A stretch of 64,000 nucleotides of DNA. Source: Oscillospiraceae bacterium (GTDB taxonomy: Bacteria; Bacillota; Clostridia; Oscillospirales; Oscillospiraceae). The notes under the pieces were generated by a model, which did no database searches, was not told the DNA's origin, and worked only from the letters and a program-made list of their open reading frames with translations. Shown here one piece after another: positions 17,656 through 24,687 of the stretch. The position numbers and the translations under genes are program-made. Position 1 is the first letter of the stretch. Every line of letters begins with the position of its first letter. The stretch spans positions 4 to 64,003 of the forward strand of contig JAGBTV010000021.1 in assembly GCA_017631155.1 (NCBI GenBank). Direction: 5' to 3'.

Positions 17656-19935
17656 TTACAGCTTCTTGCGAATGATCTTACCACTAACGGTCTTGGGCAG
17701 GCTTTCCTTGAATTCCACGATTCTGGGATACTTGTAAGGCGCGGTACGGGACTTGACATAGTCCTGAATCTGCTTACGCAGTTCATCTGTACCCACAAAG
17801 TCCTTCACCAGCACGATGGATGCCTTAACCACCTGGCCACGAACCGGGTCGGGGGCAGCAGAAACACCGCACTCCAAAACATAGGGCAGTTCCATAATAA
17901 CATTTTCAATCTCGAAAGGTCCGATCCGGTAGCCGGAGGACTTGATGACATCGTCAGCCCGGCCCACATACCAGTAGAAGCCGTCTTCATCCATCCAGGC
18001 CAGGTCGCCGGTGTGGTAGAAGCCGTCACGCCAGGTCTCAGCGGTAACTTCTTCGTTGCCTTCGTAGGCATAAGCCAAACCGCAGGGAAGACCCTTAGAA
18101 ATATTGATGCAGATTTCGCCGGTTTCACCGGGAGCAGCTTCTTCACCGTCTGCGGTGAGCAGATGCACATCGTAAAGAGGTACGGGCTTACCCATAGAGC
18201 CCAGCTTATGGTGGCTTCCGTTGAGGTTACCGATAATCAGGGTGCTTTCCGACTGGCCGAAGCCTTCCATAATGGGAAGACCGGTAGCTTTCTGGAATTG
18301 GCGGTAAACCTCGGGGTTCAGAGCCTCACCGGCGGTGGAAGCGTGTTCAATGCTGCTAAGGTCGAACCGGCTCAAGTCCTGCTTTGCCAGCATACGGTAC
18401 ATGGTAGGCGGCGCGCAGAAGGTGGTAATATGATACTTGGCAAACAGGGGCAGAATATTCTCTGCATCAAAGCGGTCAAAGTCATAAACGAAAATGGGTG
18501 CTTCGCAGAGCCATTGGCCGTAAAGCTTGCCCCAGGAGGACTTTGCCCAGCCGGTATCGGAAATGGTCAGATGCAGGCCATCGGGGTTGACCCGGTGCCA
18601 GTATTTTGCGGTAATAAAGTGACCTAAGGGGTACTTGTGGTTGTGGGCGGCCAGCTTGGGATAGCCGGAAGTGCCGGAGGTGAAGAACATCAGCATGGGG
18701 TCAGAGCCACAGGGAGCATCCTCTGTCCGGTTATAGTGGCTGGAATACATGGAATATTCTTCGTTAAAATCGTGCCAGCCGTCCTTTTTGCCGCCGACCA
18801 GGATCTTGTGAGCCAGTTCGGGACAATTTTTGGCGGCTGCATCCACTGCGTCAGAAACCTCACCGTCAGCGGTGCAGAGGATGGCCTTGACATGACCGGC
18901 CTGGAATCGATATGTAAAGTCCTTTTCCAGCAGCTGGTTGGTGGCAGGGATGGCAACAGCGCCCAGCTTATGCAGAGCCAGTACGCTGAACCAGTACTGA
19001 TAATGCCGTTTCAGAACCAGCATCACCCGGTCACCCTTCTGAATGCCCATAGCCTTGAAGTAGTTGGCAGTCCGGGCGGATTCTTTCATGATATCCCGGA
19101 AGGTAAAGCGTCGCTCTGTTCCGTCTTCGGACAGGTGGAGCATAGCCAGCTTGTCGGGCTGCTCTTCGCCCAAAGCATCCACAATATCAAAGGCAAAGTT
19201 AAACTGCTCTTCACCCTTAAAGGAGATTTCTTTCAGAAGACCGTCTTCTACCTTGCGGTCGATAAATTTACGATAAATACGAGGCTTCTTGTCCGGCTCG
19301 CGACGCTTGACATCCGGAGTCGCTACAGCAGCAGCCTGTTCGCCCTCGCGGGCTGCGGAGTTAGAAAGTACAATGGCGTAGAATGCACAGCTTTCTCCGT
19401 TTACCGCGATCATGCCGTGGGGGATAGAGGAATCATAGTAAATGCAGTCGCCGGGGTTTAAGACTTCAGTCTTGCTGCCGATTTGAATCTTCATGTGGCC
19501 GCGAATCACGATGTCGCACTCCTGGCCCTCATGGCTGGTCAGCTCGATGGCTTCCTGCTCGGCACCGTCGCGGTACTTCAGCTCCATGTAAAGAGGCAGA
19601 GCAATACGGTTGCGGAAACCGGCAGCCAGGTTGTAGCCAATCATATGATGGGCTTCCTCGATCCGCTGACCTTCTCCCTTACGGGTCAGAGCGTAGGTGC
19701 GCAGATTAGGACTGTGGCCTTCCAAAAGATCGGACATATCCACGCCGAACACCAGAACACAGCGGTACAGGAAAGCAATGTTCAGATCCTGCAGACCTGC
19801 CTCGCACCGCTGATATTCCTGAAGGGTTACTCCGGTGCGTACAGCCATTTCCTCCTGGGAAATGCCGGAGATCTCCCGCAATTCCCGGATACGGCCGGCC
19901 ATTTCTTTAATTTTATAGGTAATTTCCTGTTCCAT
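17656..19935 (-). CDS. XRE-HTH/cupin-fused acyl-CoA synthetase (AMP-forming); predicted isobutyrate-CoA ligase
   Basis: N-terminal XRE HTH and cupin (SHEGQE..YYDSSIPHGM); FTSGTSGYPK, GFGQSE, YHTGD, GRADDVIKSSGYRIGP, LPKTVSGKI; substrate inferred from Val T-box. Confidence 0.9.
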   Translation of the reverse strand: MEQEITYKIKEMAGRIRELREISGISQEEMAVRTGVTLQEYQRCEAGLQDLNIAFLYRCVLVFGVDMSDLLEGHSPNLRTYALTRKGEGQRIEEAHHMIGYNLAAGFRNRIALPLYMELKYRDGAEQEAIELTSHEGQECDIVIRGHMKIQIGSKTEVLNPGDCIYYDSSIPHGMIAVNGESCAFYAIVLSNSAAREGEQAAAVATPDVKRREPDKKPRIYRKFIDRKVEDGLLKEISFKGEEQFNFAFDIVDALGEEQPDKLAMLHLSEDGTERRFTFRDIMKESARTANYFKAMGIQKGDRVMLVLKRHYQYWFSVLALHKLGAVAIPATNQLLEKDFTYRFQAGHVKAILCTADGEVSDAVDAAAKNCPELAHKILVGGKKDGWHDFNEEYSMYSSHYNRTEDAPCGSDPMLMFFTSGTSGYPKLAAHNHKYPLGHFITAKYWHRVNPDGLHLTISDTGWAKSSWGKLYGQWLCEAPIFVYDFDRFDAENILPLFAKYHITTFCAPPTMYRMLAKQDLSRFDLSSIEHASTAGEALNPEVYRQFQKATGLPIMEGFGQSESTLIIGNLNGSHHKLGSMGKPVPLYDVHLLTADGEEAAPGETGEICINISKGLPCGLAYAYEGNEEVTAETWRDGFYHTGDLAWMDEDGFYWYVGRADDVIKSSGYRIGPFEIENVIMELPYVLECGVSAAPDPVRGQVVKASIVLVKDFVGTDELRKQIQDYVKSRTAPYKYPRIVEFKESLPKTVSGKIIRKKL

Positions 19936-19956
19936 AGTAACTCCTCCGACGGACCC

Positions 19957-20240
19957 AAAAAACAAAAACTGCCCGTCTCAAAGATAGATTCCTTGAGACG
20001 GGCAGAAAATCAGGCCCGCGGTACCACTCAAATTGCAACTGCTTCCAAAGCAGATACCACTCATTGGACTCTAATAAGTCCTAAGCACTAACGCAGCTGA
20101 CGCGGGAGAGTTCTACTGGCCAAGGGCGTTCTTCTCTCCGGCTTAGGAGCGACAGACCAACCGGATCCATCATGGCTCGCACCAACCGCCAGTTCTCTTG
20201 CATGGATCTCCCGGAGGGTCCTCTCCGTCAAAGCCTTTTA
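19957..20240 (-). ncRNA. T-box riboswitch, predicted Val specifier (GUC)
   Basis: Minus strand: GGCUUUGA K-turn start, AGAGA bulge, GGUUGGUGCGA distal loop, GUC at 20153-20151 before CUCC-UAAGCC, AAUUUGAGUGGUACCGCGGG T-box, terminator CUGCCCGUCUCAAG..CUUGAGACGGGCAG + U-run. Confidence 0.9.
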
Positions 20241-20249
20241 TATTGAGGA

Positions 20250-20278
20250 ATCATATCACGAAAATGTGAAATTGTCAA
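20250..20278 (-). promoter_or_regulatory. SigA promoter for the Val T-box leader
   Basis: TTGACA-17 nt-TATGAT on the minus strand just after the stop of the upstream synthetase. Confidence 0.8.
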
Positions 20279-20282
20279 CAAA

Positions 20283-22544
20283 TTATAGCTTATTTCTCAT
20301 GATCTTACCGCTGATAGTCTTAGGCAGCTCGTCCCGGAATACCACGATACGGGGATACTTGTAAGGCGCGGTGTGGGTCTTGACATAGTTCTGAATTTCC
20401 TTCTTCAGTTCCTCGGTAGGCTCAGTGCCCGGAACCAGCACGATAGAAGCCTTGACCACCTGACCCCGGATCTCGTCGGGGGCGGCAGAAACACCACACT
20501 CCAAAACATAGGGCAGCTCCATAATGGTGGATTCGATCTCGAAGGGTCCGATCCGGTAGCCGGAGGATTTAATTACATCGTCGGCACGGCCTACATACCA
20601 GTAGTAGCCGTCCTCATCTCGCCATGCCACATCGCCGGTGTGATACATCCCGTCATGCCACACAGCATCGGTAGCTTCCTGATTGCGGTAGTAGCCAAGG
20701 AATACGCCGCAGGTGGGCTGGGGATCGGTGCGGATGACGATCTCGCCGTTGACACCGTCTTCCACCGGGTTGCCGTCGGGATCCACGATGTCGATGCCGT
20801 AGCCGGGAACGGGCTTGCCCATAGCGCCGGGCTTGATGTTAGCACCGTAGAGGTTGGCAATACCCAGGGTCATTTCCGTCTGACCAAAGCCTTCGTGGAT
20901 TCGCAGACCCGTGGCCTTTTCGAACTGATAGAAGACCTCGGGATTCAGAGCCTCACCGGCGGTGGTGGCGTGACGGATAGAAGAAAGGTCGTAACCGCTG
21001 AGATCCTGCTTGATGAGCATCCGATACATAGTAGGCGGTGCGCAGAAAGTGGTAATGTGATACTTGGCAAACATGGGCAGGATCTTTTCTGCGTCGAACC
21101 GGTCGAAGTCATAGGTGAAGATAGCACCTTCGCAGAGCCACTGACCGTAGAGCTTGCCCCACAGAGCTTTGCCCCAGCCGGTTTCGGAAATGGTAAAGTG
21201 CAGGCCGTCCCGTTCGCACAGATGCCAGTATTTGGCTGTGACGTAGTGACCCAGCGCATACTTATAAGAGTGGGTAGCCATTTTGGGATAGCCGGTAGTA
21301 CCGGAGGTGAAGAGCATCAGCATGGGGTCGCTGCCGCAGGGGGCATCTTCTGTCCGCGAATAGCGGCGGCTGAACAGCTGATATTCTTCGTTGTAGTCGT
21401 GCCAACCTTCCCGGCTGCCGCCTACCAAAATCTTGGTCAGGCTCATGCCGGCGGCCTTTTCAGCCAGTTCGATCTGCTCTGCGGTGTTGCCGTCGGCAGT
21501 GCACAGAACCGCGCTGACATCAGCAGCCTGGAAGCGGTAGACAAAGTCATGCTCCATCAGCTGGTTGGTGGCGGGAATGGCGACAGCGCCCAGCTTGTGC
21601 AGGCCCAAAATCGCAAACCAAAACTGATAGTGCCGCTTCAGCACCAGCATCACCCGGTCGCCCCGTTTGATACCCAAAGACTTAAAGTAGTTGGCGCTCT
21701 GAGAAGAGGCGTCTTTCATGTCCTTAAAGGTGAAGCGCCGCTCGGTCATATCATTTGCCACATGAACCATAGCCAGCTTTTCGGGCTCTCTTCGGGCAAT
21801 GGCATCCACAGTGTCAAAGGCAAAGTTGTAGCTTTCTGTATCGGCAAAGGAAATGCCCTCCAGGACACCGTTTTCATCTTCCTGTGCGTTAACAAACTTA
21901 TGGCACAGCAGAGGCTGCTCCGGTGCGCCCTTGCGGCTCTGACCGATATAAAGGGGTTTGTCGGTGGTGTCAGACGCCATAATCATGGAAAGGAACACAC
22001 AATCCTGTCCGTCAATGGCAATCATGCCGTGAGGGGTAGAGGACTTGTAGAAAATGCTGTCGCCCTCCCGGAGGACCTCTTCGTGGTCGCCTACCTTGAT
22101 CCGCATAGCACCCTTGATTACCAGGTTAAATTCCTGACCGGCGTGAGTGGTGGTGTGGATGGGCTTGTTTTGCAGCTCAGCAGAATACTGATAGGTAACC
22201 CAGTAGGGGGTGGCCAGCTTCTTGCGGAACATAGGTGCCATATCCTGAATGGTGATGCCGTCTTCGCTGGCGGTGACCAGACCTTTTCCCCGACGGGTGA
22301 CGGTATAACCGGACAGCTTAGCACTGCGGCCCTCCAGCAGAACGGTGATTTCCACACCGAAGACCTTGGCGCACTTATGCAGGAAGGTAAAGGGCAGATC
22401 TACCAGGCCGGACTCGTACTGGTGATAAAGCTCTTCCTTAACCTCTGTCAGCTCAGCCATTTTCTGCATGCTGTAGCCCAAAATCTCCCGCATACCGCTG
22501 ATACGCGTTGCAATATCCATAAGTTGAGTAGAGGAATTGGTCAT
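20283..22544 (-). CDS. XRE-HTH/cupin-fused acyl-CoA synthetase paralogue; predicted 2-methylbutyrate-CoA ligase
   Basis: Same architecture as 17656-19935 (THAGQE..STPHGM; FTSGTTGYPK; LPKTISGKI); AGAAAGGAG RBS; substrate inferred from Ile T-box. Confidence 0.9.
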   Translation of the reverse strand: MTNSSTQLMDIATRISGMREILGYSMQKMAELTEVKEELYHQYESGLVDLPFTFLHKCAKVFGVEITVLLEGRSAKLSGYTVTRRGKGLVTASEDGITIQDMAPMFRKKLATPYWVTYQYSAELQNKPIHTTTHAGQEFNLVIKGAMRIKVGDHEEVLREGDSIFYKSSTPHGMIAIDGQDCVFLSMIMASDTTDKPLYIGQSRKGAPEQPLLCHKFVNAQEDENGVLEGISFADTESYNFAFDTVDAIARREPEKLAMVHVANDMTERRFTFKDMKDASSQSANYFKSLGIKRGDRVMLVLKRHYQFWFAILGLHKLGAVAIPATNQLMEHDFVYRFQAADVSAVLCTADGNTAEQIELAEKAAGMSLTKILVGGSREGWHDYNEEYQLFSRRYSRTEDAPCGSDPMLMLFTSGTTGYPKMATHSYKYALGHYVTAKYWHLCERDGLHFTISETGWGKALWGKLYGQWLCEGAIFTYDFDRFDAEKILPMFAKYHITTFCAPPTMYRMLIKQDLSGYDLSSIRHATTAGEALNPEVFYQFEKATGLRIHEGFGQTEMTLGIANLYGANIKPGAMGKPVPGYGIDIVDPDGNPVEDGVNGEIVIRTDPQPTCGVFLGYYRNQEATDAVWHDGMYHTGDVAWRDEDGYYWYVGRADDVIKSSGYRIGPFEIESTIMELPYVLECGVSAAPDEIRGQVVKASIVLVPGTEPTEELKKEIQNYVKTHTAPYKYPRIVVFRDELPKTISGKIMRNKL

Positions 22545-22561
22545 GGGAAATCTCCTTTCTG

Positions 22562-22822
22562 AAAACAAAAAAGCCTCAAGAAACTTAGTTCTTGAGACGA
22601 GCAAATCAAACCCGCGGTACCACTCAAATTGCAGCTTTTGCTGCCACCTTCACGCTCCAACAAGCGCTATCCCTTAACGCGGGCAAACGGGAGAAGCCTA
22701 CTCACACCTTTTCGGTCCTCCGGCTCAGAAGGGATGGGTACTTAGACAGGAAATTACCGGTTTGCACCAACCACCGGCTCTCTGCACATTTCACAATCTG
22801 ACCGTCTTCGTCAAAGCCTTTT
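22562..22822 (-). ncRNA. T-box riboswitch, predicted Ile specifier (AUC)
   Basis: Minus strand: GGCUUUGA, AGAGAG, GGUUGGUGCAA, AUC at 22735-22733 before C-CUUC-UGAGCC, AAUUUGAGUGGUACCGCGGG, terminator GUCUCAAGAA..UUCUUGAGGC + U-run. Confidence 0.9.
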
Positions 22823-22837
22823 TATGCTATTGGCAAT

Positions 22838-22866
22838 AGTCTACCATGTCCGTGTCTAAAAGTCAA
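22838..22866 (-). promoter_or_regulatory. SigA promoter for the Ile T-box leader
   Basis: TTGACT-17 nt-TAGACT with TG extended -10 on the minus strand. Confidence 0.7.
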
Positions 22867-22994
22867 ATGTTTTCGCGCCAAAGAATATCGGTTTTTTGAC
22901 ATATTTTTTGTGGAAAATAGCAAAAGTGGTTTTTGCGGTACATTTTTGTTGACAAATGGACGGAAATGTGATTAAATATGCACAATATAAGAAG

Positions 22995-23251
22995 AAAGAC
23001 GATGACGGAAATCTTGTGCATTCCGGAAGCTTCAGAGAGCCGGCGGTTGGTGTGAGCCGGTGTGGAGGGTTTGTACAGTCTGCTTCCCGAGTTGGTCTTG
23101 TGAAAGCGCTGGCAAGTAATGAGATCCGGGTTCTCCCGTTACAGAGATAGGGCTTGTTTGAGCCCGATGAGCGATTCTCTTTTGGAGAATAACCAGGGTG
23201 GTACCGCGAATGTAAATTCGTCCCTGAGGTCTTTGGATCTCAGGGATTTTT
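22995..23251 (+). ncRNA. T-box riboswitch, predicted Leu specifier (CUG)
   Basis: GACGAUGA K-turn, AGAGAG, GGUUGGUGUGA, CUG at 23080-23082 before C-UUCC-CGAGUU, AACCAGGGUGGUACCGCG, terminator UCCCUGAG..CUCAGGGA + U-run. Confidence 0.9.
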
Positions 23252-23280
23252 CATTTTAGTTTGTTAAGGAGCGAAACGCT

Positions 23281-24687
23281 ATGAACACGATCAAACTGTC
23301 CGATGTTACCATGAAACAGGTGGCCGATGGCTTTAGTCTGTCTTTTAAGGAAAAAATCGAACTGGCCAAGCTGCTGGATAAGCTGGGAGTTTCTGTTATC
23401 GAACTGGAGGGTGTCCAAAATCCCCGGATCGACAGTTTGCGTATCAAGTCTATTGCTGCGGCAGTAGCGGGCAGTGTTGTGGCGGTTCCTGTTCAGTTGA
23501 CGGCTGACAGCCCTGCCCAGGTTTGGGCGGCTTTGCAGCAGGCCAAGGCGCCCCGTCTGCAGGTTTGCGGCGCAGTCAGCGCGGTGCAGATGGAATACCT
23601 GTTCCACAAGAAGCCAGAGGCAATGGTTTCTGCTATTTCAGAAACCATTGCCGCCTGTAAGGCACTGTGTGCCGATGTGGAATTTTTGGCTGACGATGCC
23701 ACCCGGGCAGACCCTGCGTTCCTTGCCAGAACCCTGAAAGCCGCCATCGCTGCCGGTGCTACTACAGTAACCGTCTGCGATACCGCCGGAACCATGCTCC
23801 CTGCAGAGTTTGCCCAGTTTGTTAAGGAATTGTATGCAGCAGTCCCGGAACTGAAAAATGTAAATGTTGGTGTTTCCTGCTGCAATGCGCTTTCTATGGC
23901 AGATGCCTGCGCCATCGCTTCCGTTGGGGAAGGGGTTACGGAACTGAAGGCAGCGGTCTATCCTTTTGACACCGCCAGCATAGCCAATGTGGCGAAGGTG
24001 CTGTCTGCCAGAGGTGACAGCTTCGGTGTTGCCACCGGTGTGCAAGTGACTCAGCTGAGCCGCATTATGGATCGAGCCAGCCAAATCTGCCAGTCCGGTA
24101 AGACCAAGGCATCTGCTTTGGCTGCCGTCCAGACCGATACCGGCATTTATCTCACGGCCCACGATGACATTTCCGCTGTGACCAATGCAGCCCAGCAGCT
24201 GGGCTATGACCTGTCTGAAGATGACTGCGTTAAGGTCTACGATGCGTTCCAAAGAATTGCTGCCAAGAAAGAGCAGGTCAGCACCAAGGAGCTGGATGCC
24301 ATCATTGCATCTGCAGCCCTGCAGGTGCCGCCTACCTATAAGCTGGATACCTTTGTCATTACTTCCGGCAATACCATTTCTTCCACCGCCCACATCAAAC
24401 TCACCAAGAATGACCAGCCTTTGGAGGGCGTATCCATTGGCGACGGCCCCATTGATGCCGCTTTTGTTGCCATTGAAAGCATCACCGGCTGTCATTATGA
24501 ACTGGACGATTTCCAGCTACAGGCCGTTACCGAGGGTCGGGAAGCTATGGGTCAGACGGTGGTAAAGCTCCGCAGTGGCGGCAAGGTTTATTCCGGCAAG
24601 GGTATTTCTACGGACATCGTGGCGGCAGGTATCCATGCGTACTTAAGCGCCCTGAACAAGATCGTCTATGAGGAGGAAGAGCAATGA
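23281..24687 (+). CDS. 2-isopropylmalate synthase (LeuA) homologue with degenerate active site and intact C-terminal regulatory domain
   Basis: LeuA-like layout (EFLADDATRAD, CDTAG, GDGPIDAAF, GKGISTDIV) but SDVTMKQ replaces DTTLRDGEQ and VSCCNA replaces HxHND. Confidence 0.85.
   Translation: MNTIKLSDVTMKQVADGFSLSFKEKIELAKLLDKLGVSVIELEGVQNPRIDSLRIKSIAAAVAGSVVAVPVQLTADSPAQVWAALQQAKAPRLQVCGAVSAVQMEYLFHKKPEAMVSAISETIAACKALCADVEFLADDATRADPAFLARTLKAAIAAGATTVTVCDTAGTMLPAEFAQFVKELYAAVPELKNVNVGVSCCNALSMADACAIASVGEGVTELKAAVYPFDTASIANVAKVLSARGDSFGVATGVQVTQLSRIMDRASQICQSGKTKASALAAVQTDTGIYLTAHDDISAVTNAAQQLGYDLSEDDCVKVYDAFQRIAAKKEQVSTKELDAIIASAALQVPPTYKLDTFVITSGNTISSTAHIKLTKNDQPLEGVSIGDGPIDAAFVAIESITGCHYELDDFQLQAVTEGREAMGQTVVKLRSGGKVYSGKGISTDIVAAGIHAYLSALNKIVYEEEEQ

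Noticed and set aside
20373-22562. 729-aa plus-strand ORF opposite the Ile-controlled ligase
   Set aside because: Antisense shadow of a codon-biased gene; no recognisable motifs.
23281-24687. Calling this gene functional leuA, or a pseudogene
   Set aside because: Catalytic motifs are lost, but the frame, RBS, T-box and regulatory domain are intact.
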